DNA from: Escherichia coli
Lineage (GTDB): Bacteria > Pseudomonadota > Gammaproteobacteria > Enterobacterales > Enterobacteriaceae
Strand: one strand, 5' to 3'
DNA: 64,000 bases
Assembly (NCBI RefSeq): GCF_016903815.1
Contig: NZ_CP069973.1
Position 1 is the stretch's first letter. The number at the start of each line of letters is the position of its first letter. This document shows positions 36,344 through 47,837 of the stretch, one piece after another. The notes under the pieces were generated by a model, which had not been told where the DNA came from, did not search any database, and saw nothing but the letters and a program-made list of their open reading frames with translations. The position numbers and the translations under genes are program-made.

Positions 36344-36346
36344 ATT

Positions 36347-37399
36347 TTATATTCCAAGTAGTGATATCCATTTATGAATAATTGCATCAGCATTGTATTT
36401 CCTTGAATTTTTAATAGCATTAGTACTAAAAATGTTTGATAAATTATCATCAGAAGTCAATTTTCTTAACTTCTGTATAAAAAGCTCTCTGTTTTTAAAA
36501 GGGATAAGAAAACCATTAACATTATCAGTAATAATTTCTGCCGGGCCAGTTGGACAATCATATGCAACACTCGGGATTCCAAAACTCTGGGACTCAATCA
36601 ACACCATAGGTAATCCTTCATATAACGAAGTCATCGCATATATTTTGGCAGCATTATAGTAATTGCAAATTTCATCTGTTGTTTTAAACATTTTGATAGA
36701 TGACATTCCAGCTATGGCTTTTTCAAGAATCCTTTTATTAGGGCCATCACCAATGATATATAACGTCCAATTAGGTATATTTGCCTCATGCCAAATTTCA
36801 ATCAACTCATTAAAATTCTTTTGCTCTGTAAATCGTCCAACAGCGATCACAATATTTTCCCGTTGGTCATATGGTTTTATTATGTTATTGGATGTATCAA
36901 ATGGATTAATATTTGGTATTTGAATAACGTTTTTAATACCATATTTTGTAGTTAATAAATTATAATCATGCGAAGTTAAAACAATTACTTTTTTTGCTAT
37001 GTAATATGAAAATATTTTTATTAGCTGTATTGCTTTTTTAAAACTATTTAAGCCTACATGCTCATGGAAATATATATCATGCAGCCTGATAGCTTTCGCT
37101 AATATTCCACACTCCAGCGATAAGCGTCCCATCGACTCAACAATAACTTTATGTTTATTCTTCTTACAAAAAATCAAATAGGACAATAGAGAATAATAGC
37201 GCCATCCATTTCCATATTTAACAGAGATTTTATTTGATAAGAAATAGAAAGGATTGGCATGTTTTTTTTGTAATGAGAAAATTTCGACCTCAGCATTTTC
37301 TATATTACTTGATAATATATTTGATAATAATGCTGTAACTCTTTCTGTACCGCCCTTATTAGTAATATCAGAAATAATGAAACTAATTTTATTTTTCAT
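36347..37399 (-). CDS. Glycosyltransferase family 4 (GT-B fold), 350 aa
   Basis: C-terminal EGLPMVLIES motif. Confidence 0.8.
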   Translation of the reverse strand: MKNKISFIISDITNKGGTERVTALLSNILSSNIENAEVEIFSLQKKHANPFYFLSNKISVKYGNGWRYYSLLSYLIFCKKNKHKVIVESMGRLSLECGILAKAIRLHDIYFHEHVGLNSFKKAIQLIKIFSYYIAKKVIVLTSHDYNLLTTKYGIKNVIQIPNINPFDTSNNIIKPYDQRENIVIAVGRFTEQKNFNELIEIWHEANIPNWTLYIIGDGPNKRILEKAIAGMSSIKMFKTTDEICNYYNAAKIYAMTSLYEGLPMVLIESQSFGIPSVAYDCPTGPAEIITDNVNGFLIPFKNRELFIQKLRKLTSDDNLSNIFSTNAIKNSRKYNADAIIHKWISLLGI

Positions 37400-38328
37400 T
37401 TTTTGTTTCTCATAATATTACGAACTATTAGTCTTCTATACAGATATTGCATATTATAAATTGATAACAATACTGTAAGAAATATAAAGAAAAATCTTCT
37501 ATACATTGATTTTTGTTGCACTGCTAAAGCTAAACAACGACTAGAGGTAGAATGGAGTTTCTCGATAAGAATAGAGGAACTTAGCTTTTTATGCATACTC
37601 AAAACATCAAAATTATCTCTCCCTCTTCTAATTCTAAGTTTATGGAGTTTTAACACGTAATTATGCGCTTTTCTTTGAAGTAAACTAGCAACACTTGCAC
37701 TATTGCCCTGTCGATGTCTAATGTACATTAGATACTCAGGGTGATTATCACATTTATAACCCCGATCCAAAGCTCTTAATATAAAATCATAATCTTCAGC
37801 ATAAGGTATTTCCCTATAACCTTGTAACTCATCATATACCTCCCTCTTAGCTAACCAAATGTGAGCAATTGGAGAGACATATTTAGACACCTTTTTAACT
37901 ATATCTTCTCCAACAGGTGAGATACTTTTTGTCAAATGCTCACCTATCTCATTAATTGAGTGCATTTGACATCCAACAATATCTAAATCATTCGCCTCGA
38001 GATAATGCAATTGTTTTTCAATTCTATCAGGTGCTGCGATATCATCCCCGTCAAATCGCGCAATATATTGCCCTTTAGCTAACAATAACCCCTGATTTAA
38101 CGATTTTACAATTTTCTGATTTTCCTTATTATATATTATTTTAATCCTACTATCTGTACGCGCTAGATTTTGTATTTTCTCCCGCGTATTATCAGTTGAA
38201 TAATCATCAATTATTATTATTTCTATTTTTTTATAAGTTTGTTCAATAATACTATTTATGGCTTCATCAATCCATGCTCCGACATTATACGTCGGAATTA
38301 ATATTGAAATTAATGGTTCATTTTTCAT
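37396..38328 (-). CDS. Glycosyltransferase family 2, 310 aa
   Basis: SILIPTYN ... DDYSTD ... DGDD motifs; 4-bp overlap with the downstream gene. Confidence 0.8.
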   Translation of the reverse strand: MKNEPLISILIPTYNVGAWIDEAINSIIEQTYKKIEIIIIDDYSTDNTREKIQNLARTDSRIKIIYNKENQKIVKSLNQGLLLAKGQYIARFDGDDIAAPDRIEKQLHYLEANDLDIVGCQMHSINEIGEHLTKSISPVGEDIVKKVSKYVSPIAHIWLAKREVYDELQGYREIPYAEDYDFILRALDRGYKCDNHPEYLMYIRHRQGNSASVASLLQRKAHNYVLKLHKLRIRRGRDNFDVLSMHKKLSSSILIEKLHSTSSRCLALAVQQKSMYRRFFFIFLTVLLSIYNMQYLYRRLIVRNIMRNKK

Positions 38329-39455
38329 AACTTTTGATTACCTAAATATCTGGTTTCGTTATAAATAACAGCATTCAATATAAATAAAAATGGTGAATAT
38401 GCACCAAATAGCGAAATACCACTGATACATACTGGCAACCAAATATACAATGAATTAAAATTTGTCTTTTTAAGGCTATAAAAAATAAAAGTTATAAAAA
38501 GAAAAGACCCAATAAAACCAAATTCTAAAACTAAAGTTACATATATGTTATGTGCAAAAATCCCTAGTAATTGTTCTGTGTTTCCAAGCCCAACACCAAA
38601 CATATGTGTCATAAGTGATTGCGTAGTGTAAAATTCAAATGCTTGGCTAATAATGTAGAATTTAGAATTAAAACTCCCATCAATATTTGAATAATTGCTA
38701 TTTTCAAATAAGTAGCTTATTGACATGTAAATAAATACACATATGACAAATAAAAAAACAAGTGCTGAACGCTTTCCTATCTTTGCCTTATTATTCAGAA
38801 CATATAACATAGCAAGCAGCGTTACCATTGCAGCTCTTGACATTGTTAAAAATAGCAGAATATATGTTATGTACCTTGTATATTTGAAGTTATAGATTTT
38901 ATTATTTTTAAGAAACAATAAAAAACCTAAGATGGAAATATCTATTAATGCTGTAAAATTTGAATCAAAGTAGAATAAACTTTTTTTGAATGCATATAAA
39001 ATACCTTCTGATAGATTACCTATAATGACTCTAGTAATCAACTCCAGAAACATGAACATTACAAAAAACATCAAAAAATTTTTATAACATTTAATTCGTG
39101 TATCATAGTTTAGCACCATAAATACTTCATTTACTCCAACGCTAATAACCATCGAGTAAAAAAACAGGAAGGGTGTGATGTAATTTGGAGCTTCAGGATA
39201 CCCTGTTGTTTGGGTTTTATAATAGATACCTATAACCTGACACAGAAGAATTGCGAAAGCAAAAATAATAGTTACCATGCTAAACTTTGAAATTTTTGCC
39301 TTAACAAATATTAGCATTATTATAATACTTAACAACCCTGCACCATATATATAAGCAGGATTAATAGCAAGAGAATTTATGCTCAAAAATGCACAACATA
39401 AAAATGCCGTAAGATACTTACCGGATCTTTGTTTGTTAATTTGATTTTCGTTCAT
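38325..39455 (-). CDS. wzy: O-antigen polymerase (Wzy-like), 376 aa
   Basis: Polytopic, very hydrophobic, low GC; position in the O-antigen cluster. Confidence 0.7.
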   Translation of the reverse strand: MNENQINKQRSGKYLTAFLCCAFLSINSLAINPAYIYGAGLLSIIIMLIFVKAKISKFSMVTIIFAFAILLCQVIGIYYKTQTTGYPEAPNYITPFLFFYSMVISVGVNEVFMVLNYDTRIKCYKNFLMFFVMFMFLELITRVIIGNLSEGILYAFKKSLFYFDSNFTALIDISILGFLLFLKNNKIYNFKYTRYITYILLFLTMSRAAMVTLLAMLYVLNNKAKIGKRSALVFLFVICVFIYMSISYLFENSNYSNIDGSFNSKFYIISQAFEFYTTQSLMTHMFGVGLGNTEQLLGIFAHNIYVTLVLEFGFIGSFLFITFIFYSLKKTNFNSLYIWLPVCISGISLFGAYSPFLFILNAVIYNETRYLGNQKL

Positions 39456-40464
39456 TCAAATTACTCGAATATGGTGACTGTAGAATTTCATTAATAAGAT
39501 GATTAATATCATACTTTCTAAGTATATTTTGCTCTATAATTACATTATTTTTTTTTAAAAATGATTTTAACGCATCGATATTACAATCCTGCTCCTTATA
39601 TATGAATATATTATCTGCATTATAAAAATCATATTCGGTAATACTTTCGTTATTTGTTATTAACTTTTTATTATAGAATAGGGCTTCCAATGTTCTAATT
39701 GTCAGACCTCCTTGTCCCGGTTGAACAATTTCAAGAATAGCTGTTGTTTGAAATAATTTATCAAGATACTCGTCATAATTCATTGCATTTTTTGCTAATA
39801 GTCTCTCACATTCATCATAATGCTTATTTTTATCAGGCAAAACACTAATTGAAAAGCTCAAGGAAGCATCGTCTAATAACTTTGCAAAGGTATTTAAAAG
39901 TTCAAGCCGCCCTTTATCTACCCCAATAAAGAAAATATCGAACATTACAGGATTGGTTAATTCCTCACACAGTTTTTTATTTAATACTTGACGACTAAAT
40001 TCCAATGAGTAAACTTGGGGATGATAATTTAGTTTATATTTAACCGAGTCATTATAATCAAACGTCCAAACTTGAACCCCAGTAATTTTTAATGTGATTA
40101 ATAGAATCTTAAACTCTATTTCTGAGATGTTCAATGTTCGTCTAGGATTCCATAACCAAATGGCTTGATTGGCACAAAACGAAAACTTATATACGCAAGA
40201 AGATATTCCTTTATAATCCTCTATACCAAAATAAATTGCATGATCATTTTTTGAGTGAATTTTCCTTTTTATATACGCAATGACAATCAAAAATAATGGT
40301 TTTATCCTTGATTTATACAAATTGACAAGAATATTTTTAGTTGCGCAAATATTTGTGATTTCAGTTAAATTATAAAAATATATTTTTTCCGAAGATAACT
40401 TTGAAAAAATAATCTCCGTTAAAAAATAATCATTTTTGACCAAATGTGTTATTTTTTTTACCAT
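39436..40464 (-). CDS. Uncharacterised O-antigen cluster protein, 342 aa (possible GT-B-like transferase)
   Basis: Soluble protein with no clear motif; overlaps wzy by 20 bp and wzx by 7 bp. Confidence 0.55.
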   Translation of the reverse strand: MVKKITHLVKNDYFLTEIIFSKLSSEKIYFYNLTEITNICATKNILVNLYKSRIKPLFLIVIAYIKRKIHSKNDHAIYFGIEDYKGISSCVYKFSFCANQAIWLWNPRRTLNISEIEFKILLITLKITGVQVWTFDYNDSVKYKLNYHPQVYSLEFSRQVLNKKLCEELTNPVMFDIFFIGVDKGRLELLNTFAKLLDDASLSFSISVLPDKNKHYDECERLLAKNAMNYDEYLDKLFQTTAILEIVQPGQGGLTIRTLEALFYNKKLITNNESITEYDFYNADNIFIYKEQDCNIDALKSFLKKNNVIIEQNILRKYDINHLINEILQSPYSSNLNERKSN

Positions 40465-41708
40465 GATTTATATATGCCCCGAGATGCTACAAGTAAAATA
40501 ACGAAATCTAAACTGACTCTAATTGTCCACGCATATGCAGCCCCTATTACACCAAAATGTATAATAAAGAAATACAATCCAACAAGGTAAGGAATTATTT
40601 CAATGCAATGTATTAATGCCGTGATTTTCGCTTTACCTGCAGCCTGGATTGTAGCAAATGGAATCTGAGCATATGAATTAAATAAAAATCCTATCAGAAG
40701 AACTTGCAAAATATAAGTTGAATTTTCAGCATATTCTTTACCTAACCATATATTTAGGATTGTATACGATAATCCCACTCCAATAATTACAGCAGGTATG
40801 CAAACCATGCTGAGCATAATATAGGCTATTGTTTCATTTTTTTTTCTTTCCGAAAGTGTCTTTGCAGCACTTAATTTTGGAAATAATGCTCTTGCCAAAG
40901 CCCAGGGAATATTAATCAATCTATTAATAAATTCTGAAGGCGCTATATAAAACCCAACGCTTTTTGCCCCCAGAAGATTAGATAATATAAACCGATCAAA
41001 ATAACTCATGACCGGACTAATAATATTACTTACAGTAATCCAGCCACCAAACTTTAACAGTCGAAACAAAACTTGCTTATGAAATCTAATACCCGCTGTT
41101 AATACTATTTCTTTTGCACAATAATATGAAATAATTAACGAAACCATTCGACCACAAACTAATCCAATCATTGCACATGTCAGGGTTGGATGTAGAATGA
41201 TGAAAAAAGCTGGAAGCCCCGCTACTAATGAACTACTAATACATCGTTGAATATTTATATTAAAAAAATCTTCCATGCCCTCCAAATATGATACAAATAT
41301 CTGATTTAGCAAAAATAAAGGTATAGTTATAGTCAGTATCTTAAACGAAGATACAACATCATCCTTATATCTAGGGCTAACCTTTAACAAAGACACTAGG
41401 TTATCAATGTTCATAAACAAAAGAGCTGCACCAACTAAACCCAGTATAATTATAGCAAAATTAGATGTTGCAATAATTTTATTTAATTCAGATTTATTAG
41501 TTCTATTAAACGCAATTTCTCTAATAACAGCTCTTGTTAATCCTGCGTCAAAAATACTGGCATAACCAACAATAGCTGTACAAAGAGCAAACAAGCCAAA
41601 CCTTTCTGCTCCCAATTCACGAGCTATATATCCTAATGCAGGCAAAGCGACAATGGTTGGAATAATGTATCCACCAAAGTTCCATATACTATTTTTTAAT
41701 AAACTCAT
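40458..41708 (-). CDS. wzx: O-antigen flippase (Wzx), 416 aa
   Basis: Polytopic membrane protein directly downstream of rmlC. Confidence 0.8.
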   Translation of the reverse strand: MSLLKNSIWNFGGYIIPTIVALPALGYIARELGAERFGLFALCTAIVGYASIFDAGLTRAVIREIAFNRTNKSELNKIIATSNFAIIILGLVGAALLFMNIDNLVSLLKVSPRYKDDVVSSFKILTITIPLFLLNQIFVSYLEGMEDFFNINIQRCISSSLVAGLPAFFIILHPTLTCAMIGLVCGRMVSLIISYYCAKEIVLTAGIRFHKQVLFRLLKFGGWITVSNIISPVMSYFDRFILSNLLGAKSVGFYIAPSEFINRLINIPWALARALFPKLSAAKTLSERKKNETIAYIMLSMVCIPAVIIGVGLSYTILNIWLGKEYAENSTYILQVLLIGFLFNSYAQIPFATIQAAGKAKITALIHCIEIIPYLVGLYFFIIHFGVIGAAYAWTIRVSLDFVILLVASRGIYKSW

Positions 41709-41714
41709 ATTTTC

Positions 41715-42263
41715 CTAAAAATAATCAATTTTGTTAATGTGAGATGCACATTTATCTTTAGTGGAAAGGATAACATTTATATTCAATTCGGGCCAATCAA
41801 TGTCAATTGTATTATCATTCCAAATAATATTTCTTTCATTTTCTTTATTGTAATAATTATTCGTCTTATATAAAACCTCAGCAGTGTTAGATAATACTAA
41901 AAATCCATGAGCAAACCCTTCTGGAATCCATAATTGATGCTTATTCTCAGCAGATAAGTTCACCCCAACCCATTTTCCAAAGGTAGGCGAAGATTTACGA
42001 ATATCAACCGCAACATCAAAAACTTCACCGACCATACAGCGCACCAGTTTTGCTTGAGCATAGGGTTCTAACTGGTAATGAAGACCACGTAAAACACCTT
42101 TACTTGACTTCGAATGGTTATCCTGAACAAACTTAACTTTACGGCCTACCGCTTCTTCGAAAACCTTCTGGTTAAAGCTCTCAAAAAAGAAACCGCGCTC
42201 GTCGCTAAAAACTTTTGGTTCAAAAATCAGTACATCTGGAATTTCTGTTTTAATTACGTTCAT
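41715..42263 (-). CDS. rmlC: dTDP-4-dehydrorhamnose 3,5-epimerase
   Basis: 182 aa with the RmlC cupin pattern (RGLHYQ...HGF). Confidence 0.9.
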   Translation of the reverse strand: MNVIKTEIPDVLIFEPKVFSDERGFFFESFNQKVFEEAVGRKVKFVQDNHSKSSKGVLRGLHYQLEPYAQAKLVRCMVGEVFDVAVDIRKSSPTFGKWVGVNLSAENKHQLWIPEGFAHGFLVLSNTAEVLYKTNNYYNKENERNIIWNDNTIDIDWPELNINVILSTKDKCASHINKIDYF

Positions 42264-42267
42264 TTTA

Positions 42268-43146
42268 TTAATAACCTTTAATCATTTTGAGCAGATACTG
42301 ACCATAAGCATTTTTTTTCAGCGGTTCAGCTAATACTTTCACCTGCTCAGCATCAATAAACCCTTTACGGTAAGCAATTTCTTCCGGGCAGGAAACTTTC
42401 AACCCCTGACGCTCTTCAATTGTAGCAATGAAGTTGCTTGCTTCAATAAGACTTTGATGTGTCCCCGTGTCCAGCCATGCATAACCACGCCCCATCATGG
42501 CAACGGATAAACGCCCCTGTTCCATATAAATACGGTTAATATCGGTAATTTCCAGTTCACCACGGGCAGAAGGCTGAAGGTTTTTCGCCATTTCCACAAC
42601 GTCGTTATCATAGAAATAAAGCCCGGTTACCGCATAATTACTTTTTGGTTGTAGCGGTTTTTCTTCAAGGCTAATTGCCGTACCGTTTTTATCAAACTCA
42701 ACGACACCATAGCGTTCAGGATCATTAACGTGATAGGCAAATACCGTTGCACCACTCTCTTTGTTAACAGCGGCATCCATTAACTTCGGCAGGTCGTGAC
42801 CGTAGAAGATATTATCACCAAGTACCAAAGCACAATCATCACCACCGATAAACTCTTCACCGATGATAAATGCCTGCGCAAGACCATCCGGACTCAGTTG
42901 CACTTTGTACTGAAGATTCAGGCCCCACTGGCTCCCGTCACCCAGCAGTTGTTGAAAACGAGGAGTATCCTGTGGCGTACTGATAATCAAAATATCGCGA
43001 ATACCCGCCAACATCAGTGTAGAGAGCGGGTAATAGATCATCGGTTTATCATAAATAGGTAATAGCTGTTTACTGACAGCCATAGTCACAGGATAAAGAC
43101 GAGTACCAGAACCGCCCGCTAAAATAATACCTTTACGCGTTTTCAT
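42268..43146 (-). CDS. rmlA: Glucose-1-phosphate thymidylyltransferase
   Basis: [14 protein letters not shown] motif. Confidence 0.93.
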   Translation of the reverse strand: MKTRKGIILAGGSGTRLYPVTMAVSKQLLPIYDKPMIYYPLSTLMLAGIRDILIISTPQDTPRFQQLLGDGSQWGLNLQYKVQLSPDGLAQAFIIGEEFIGGDDCALVLGDNIFYGHDLPKLMDAAVNKESGATVFAYHVNDPERYGVVEFDKNGTAISLEEKPLQPKSNYAVTGLYFYDNDVVEMAKNLQPSARGELEITDINRIYMEQGRLSVAMMGRGYAWLDTGTHQSLIEASNFIATIEERQGLKVSCPEEIAYRKGFIDAEQVKVLAEPLKKNAYGQYLLKMIKGY

Positions 43147-43203
43147 TTCATCATTCCTTTTAATTCATCTTGCTCCACCATCACGAACAAGATGCAAAAA
43201 CTA

Positions 43204-44103
43204 TTAAATAGCTGTAGTCGTAAATAATTCGTTGAGCATGCGTTTCACGCCAATCTGCCAGTCAGGCAAGACAAGCGCAAAGTTCTGCTGAAATTTTTCT
43301 GTATCAAGGCGAGAGTTATGCGGACGACGAGCTGGTGTAGGATAGGCTGTTGTTGGTACTGCGTTGAGCTTGTTGAGAGCAAGGGCAATGCCTGCTTTGC
43401 GCGCCTCTTCAAAAACGAGCGCAGCATAATCGTGCCAGGTTGTGGTACCACTGGCTACCAAATGGTACAAGCCTGCGACTTCCGGTTTATTCAGTGCTAC
43501 ACGAATGGCATGTGCCGTACAATCAGCCAGCAACTCTGCGCCAGTTGGCGCACCAAACTGATCATTAATAACGGCTAATTCTTCACGCTCTTTTGCCAGA
43601 CGTAACATTGTCTTGGCAAAATTGTTTCCTTTACCTGCATATACCCAGCTGGTCCGGAAAATAAGATGCTTCGCGCAATGTTCCTGTAACGCTTTTTCTC
43701 CGGCTAACTTGGTTTCACCGTAAACATTTAGCGGTGCGGTTGCATCCGTCTCCAGCCATGGCGTGTCGCCATTTCCAGGGAATACGTAGTCAGTTGAGTA
43801 ATGAATTACCCAAGCCCCAACTTCATTAGCCGCTTTTGCAATCGCTTCAACACTTGTCGCATTGAGTAATTGTGCAAATTCGGGTTCTGACTCAGCCTTA
43901 TCTACCGCGGTATGAGCAGCAGCATTAACAATAACGTCAGGACGAATTTTTTTGACGGTTTCAGCCACACCTTCTGGGTTACTAAAATCACCACAATAAT
44001 CAGTAGAGTGAACATCAAGAGCAATCAAATTACCCAAAGGTGCCAGCGCACGCTGTAGTTCCCAACCTACCTGCCCTGTTTTGCCGAAAAGGAGGATATT
44101 CAT
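43204..44103 (-). CDS. rmlD: dTDP-4-dehydrorhamnose reductase
   Basis: 299 aa; position between rmlB and rmlA. Confidence 0.93.
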   Translation of the reverse strand: MNILLFGKTGQVGWELQRALAPLGNLIALDVHSTDYCGDFSNPEGVAETVKKIRPDVIVNAAAHTAVDKAESEPEFAQLLNATSVEAIAKAANEVGAWVIHYSTDYVFPGNGDTPWLETDATAPLNVYGETKLAGEKALQEHCAKHLIFRTSWVYAGKGNNFAKTMLRLAKEREELAVINDQFGAPTGAELLADCTAHAIRVALNKPEVAGLYHLVASGTTTWHDYAALVFEEARKAGIALALNKLNAVPTTAYPTPARRPHNSRLDTEKFQQNFALVLPDWQIGVKRMLNELFTTTAI

Positions 44104-45188
44104 TACTGGCGGCCCTCATAGTTCTGTTCAATCCACGATTGATAGGCACCACTTTTCACATTATCAACCCATTTTGTATTGGACAGGTACCATTCCACTG
44201 TCTTCCGAATCCCGCTCTCAAACGTTTCCTGTGGTTTCCAACCCAATTCGCGGCTAATCTTCTCAGCATCAATCGCATAACGGCGATCATGTCCCGGGCG
44301 GTCGGCAACATAAGTAATTTGCTCACGATAAGATTTCTCTTTCGGTACAATCTCATCCAACAAATCACAAATAGTGAGCACTACATCGATGTTTTTCTTT
44401 TCGTTGTGTCCACCAATGTTATAAGTTTCACCCGCTTTACCTTCGGTTACGACGGTATATAACGCACGCGCATGATCTTCAACATACAGCCAGTCACGAA
44501 TTTGATCCCCTTTGCCATAAATAGGTAATGCCTTACCTTCCAGAGCATTAAGAATTACTAGTGGAATCAATTTTTCCGGAAAGTGATAAGGACCGTAGTT
44601 ATTCGAACAGTTAGTCACAATGGTCGGTAAACCATAGGTACGTTTCCACGCGCGGACTAAATGATCGCTGGATGCTTTTGATGCGGAATAAGGGCTGCTT
44701 GGCGCGTAAGCTGTCGTCTCAGTAAATAAGGGTAATTCTTCGTTATTATTTACTTCATCTGGATGAGGCAAATCACCATAGACTTCGTCAGTAGAAATAT
44801 GATGAAAACGGAAGCTATTTTTCTTGTCGCTATCAAGAGCAGACCAGTAATTGCGAGCGGCTTCCAAAAGGACATAAGTACCAACAATATTGGTTTCAAT
44901 AAATGCCGCAGGACCTGTAATTGAACGGTCAACATGGCTTTCAGCAGCCAGGTGCATCACTGCATCCGGCTGATGCTGAGCAAAAATCCGTGCCATTGCA
45001 GCAGCATCGCAAATATCCGCATGTTCAAAAATATAGCGTTCAGAATCAGAAACATCAGCAAGTGATTCCAGGTTTCCGGCGTACGTTAATTTATCGACAT
45101 TAACAACACTATCCTGCGTATTATTTATAATGTGACGAACTACAGCAGAACCAATAAATCCTGCGCCACCAGTAACAAGTATCTTCAC
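44103..45188 (-). CDS. rmlB: dTDP-glucose 4,6-dehydratase
   Basis: 361 aa; [17 protein letters not shown]ossmann motif. Confidence 0.93.
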   Translation of the reverse strand: MKILVTGGAGFIGSAVVRHIINNTQDSVVNVDKLTYAGNLESLADVSDSERYIFEHADICDAAAMARIFAQHQPDAVMHLAAESHVDRSITGPAAFIETNIVGTYVLLEAARNYWSALDSDKKNSFRFHHISTDEVYGDLPHPDEVNNNEELPLFTETTAYAPSSPYSASKASSDHLVRAWKRTYGLPTIVTNCSNNYGPYHFPEKLIPLVILNALEGKALPIYGKGDQIRDWLYVEDHARALYTVVTEGKAGETYNIGGHNEKKNIDVVLTICDLLDEIVPKEKSYREQITYVADRPGHDRRYAIDAEKISRELGWKPQETFESGIRKTVEWYLSNTKWVDNVKSGAYQSWIEQNYEGRQ

Positions 45189-45262
45189 TCTTTTATTCCA
45201 TATTACTTCAGAGCATGCAGTGAAATAAGCGGCTCTTAGTTTGATTAATAGAGGTATTAATG

Positions 45263-45301
45263 CACGCTACCGCCCCTGGCTTTACTGCTACCAGTGCACT
45301 G
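45263..45301 (-). promoter_or_regulatory. JUMPstart element with ops site (RfaH-dependent antitermination) upstream of rmlB
   Basis: Minus-strand sequence matches the JUMPstart consensus CAGTGCACTGGTAGC..GGCGGTAGCGTG; ops GGCGGTAGCGTG is the reverse complement of 45263-45274. Confidence 0.8.
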
Positions 45302-45559
45302 CATGCATGTCTACGATGTGACGAGCGTTACCCACTCGCGCTTAGCTCGAAAAATTCAAACGCTAATTGTCTTACCAATCCGCTCTGGAAACAAGGAAAA
45401 TCCTGGAAAACTTTGACTAAAATCCTATTGCTAACTCGTTGTTATTCTGATTGTTTATATAAAACAACGGCAGGAATATTCGCAGCAAATTACTTTCGCC
45501 ACGAATCTTCACTGCCGTTATAATTTTCTTATCAACCGTTACATTCGGTCAGATTTTCA

Positions 45560-46453
45560 TTATTCGCTTAACAGCTTCTCAATACCTTTACGGAACTTCG
45601 CCCCTTCTTTCAGGTTGCGCAGTCCATACTTCACAAACGCCTGCATATAACCCATTTTTTTACCGCAGTCGTAGCTGTCACCTGTCATCAGCATGGCATC
45701 AACGGACTGTTTTTTCGCCAATTCAGCAATGGCATCAGTCAGTTGAATACGTCCCCATGCACCAGGCTGAGTGCGTTCAAGTTCCGGCCAAATATCGACA
45801 GAAAGCACATAGCGACCAACGGCCATGATGTCTGAGTCCAGTGTTTGCGGCTGATCCGGTTTTTCGATGAATTCAACAATGCGGCTGACTTTACCTTCGC
45901 AATCCAGCGGTTCTTTGGTCTGAATAACAGAGTATTCAGAGAGGTCACCCGGCATACGTTTTGCCAGCACCTGGCTACGACCCGTTTCGTTGAAACGTGC
46001 AATCATGGCAGCAAGGTTGTAGCGCAGCGGGTCGGCGCTGGCGTCGTCGATCACAACGTCTGGCAGCACCACGACAAATGGATTGTCACCAATGGCGGGT
46101 CGTGCACACAAAATGGAGTGACCTAAACCTAAAGGTTCGCCCTGACGCACGTTCATAATTGTCACGCCCGGCGGGCAAATGGACTGTACTTCCGCCAGCA
46201 GTTGGCGCTTCACGCGCTGCTCAAGGAGAGATTCTAATTCATAAGAGGTGTCGAAGTGGTTTTCGACCGCGTTCTTGGACGCGTGAGTCACCAGGAGGAT
46301 TTCTTTGATCCCTGCAGCCACAATCTCGTCAACAATGTACTGAATCATTGGCTTGTCGACGATCGGTAGCATCTCTTTGGGTATCGCCTTAGTGGCAGGC
46401 AACATATGCATCCCAAGACCCGCTACCGGTATAACTGCTTTTAAATTCGTCAT
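45560..46453 (-). CDS. galF: UTP-glucose-1-phosphate uridylyltransferase-like GalF, 297 aa
   Basis: [31 protein letters not shown]. Confidence 0.95.
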   Translation of the reverse strand: MTNLKAVIPVAGLGMHMLPATKAIPKEMLPIVDKPMIQYIVDEIVAAGIKEILLVTHASKNAVENHFDTSYELESLLEQRVKRQLLAEVQSICPPGVTIMNVRQGEPLGLGHSILCARPAIGDNPFVVVLPDVVIDDASADPLRYNLAAMIARFNETGRSQVLAKRMPGDLSEYSVIQTKEPLDCEGKVSRIVEFIEKPDQPQTLDSDIMAVGRYVLSVDIWPELERTQPGAWGRIQLTDAIAELAKKQSVDAMLMTGDSYDCGKKMGYMQAFVKYGLRNLKEGAKFRKGIEKLLSE

Positions 46454-46684
46454 TATTTTCCTACCTCTAAGTGGCTGATAGTGCGTAAATTATTGTCATA
46501 GGTTAGCCAAACGGTATGGCTATATACCAAGCATAACTTTGATTAAACCTTACGATAACACTACACACCATCAGCATCTGGGTTACTCGGATTACTCGGA
46601 AATCCACATACTGATAATTTAATCAGTACCTCATTCCGAATAATCGTAGTCCAACCTGGTCCTTTTTTCTCTGACTCGTCTGCA

Positions 46685-47680
46685 TTACTCAGAAACAAAC
46701 GTTATGTCGTCTTTTTTGGCATGGACGAATTCATACTGCAGAGTTCGATCCAGACCTTGCGACAGCGTATACGGTGCCACAAAACCTGAAGAATGCACTT
46801 TCGTTGCGTCAAACTGTGTTGTTGCGCAGAATTTTTTCACGCGCACAGAGCTGACAGCGTATTTTTTGCCCGTAATTTTGCTCAGGATATCAAAGCAATA
46901 TCCACCCAGCATTCCTAGTGGGTAAGGCAAGTGCATAGAAGGGATCTTTTTGTTCAGGCTTTGTTCAACTTCAGCAACCAACTGGTTCATGTTCAGGTCT
47001 GGCTTATCAACATAGTTATAAACCTCATAACCTGCGGCAACATTCTTCAGTTTGTACTTGATAAACTCAACAATGTTTCCAACATAAGCCATGGACTTAT
47101 AGTTAGTCCCTGCGCCCACCATCATAAACTTGCCGCCAGCGATCTGTTTCAGCAAGTTATAGACGTTACCGCGGTTGCGTTCACCGAAGATAACGGTAGG
47201 ACGGATGATAGTTAATGAACGTTCTGTTGGTGCTTTGTTATACCATTCACGTAGCACTTCCTCTGCCTGCCACTTACTTTTGCCGTAGTGGTTGAAAGGA
47301 TCGTGTGGATGGTTTTCGTCAGGGTTGTGTTTGTTCAAACCATAAATAGCAACGGAACTGGTAAAGATGATATTTTTAACGCCATTTTTTTCCATGGCCG
47401 CCAGCACATTGCGGGTACCCTGAACGTTGACATCATAATAGAGAGAAGTAGGGCTGACGTCATCGCGGTGTTCCGCTGCCAGTAGTACAACAGTGTCAAA
47501 ACCGGCTAACGCCTGGTCGAGTGCCTGTTGATCACGAACATCGCCAATCTGTGTGATTTCTGGATAAAAGTGGCTCTGCTGTTTGTCCAGGTTCTTGATA
47601 TTAAAGTCAGCAATTGCCGTTTCAAGTAGTCGGGTTCCTACGAATCCGGAAGCTCCTATGAGCAAAACGTTATCGTTCAT
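46685..47680 (-). CDS. gne: UDP-N-acetylglucosamine 4-epimerase-like protein (Gne), 331 aa
   Basis: NAD-dependent epimerase motifs (LLIGASGFVGTRL, YGKSK); sits between galF and wcaM. Confidence 0.75.
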   Translation of the reverse strand: MNDNVLLIGASGFVGTRLLETAIADFNIKNLDKQQSHFYPEITQIGDVRDQQALDQALAGFDTVVLLAAEHRDDVSPTSLYYDVNVQGTRNVLAAMEKNGVKNIIFTSSVAIYGLNKHNPDENHPHDPFNHYGKSKWQAEEVLREWYNKAPTERSLTIIRPTVIFGERNRGNVYNLLKQIAGGKFMMVGAGTNYKSMAYVGNIVEFIKYKLKNVAAGYEVYNYVDKPDLNMNQLVAEVEQSLNKKIPSMHLPYPLGMLGGYCFDILSKITGKKYAVSSVRVKKFCATTQFDATKVHSSGFVAPYTLSQGLDRTLQYEFVHAKKDDITFVSE

Positions 47681-47837
47681 AAATCACTTTAGTCTGGTTG
47701 TTACGTAAGAAACACAAGATAAAGATGAGTACCTTCCCTGAGTAGTCAATGCTGCCCAGCCCCAGCTTTAACAGTTAGTGTGAGGATTATAATCTTTTAG
47801 AACATTATATCCAGTAAGTTTATGAATGGTCGCAAAT

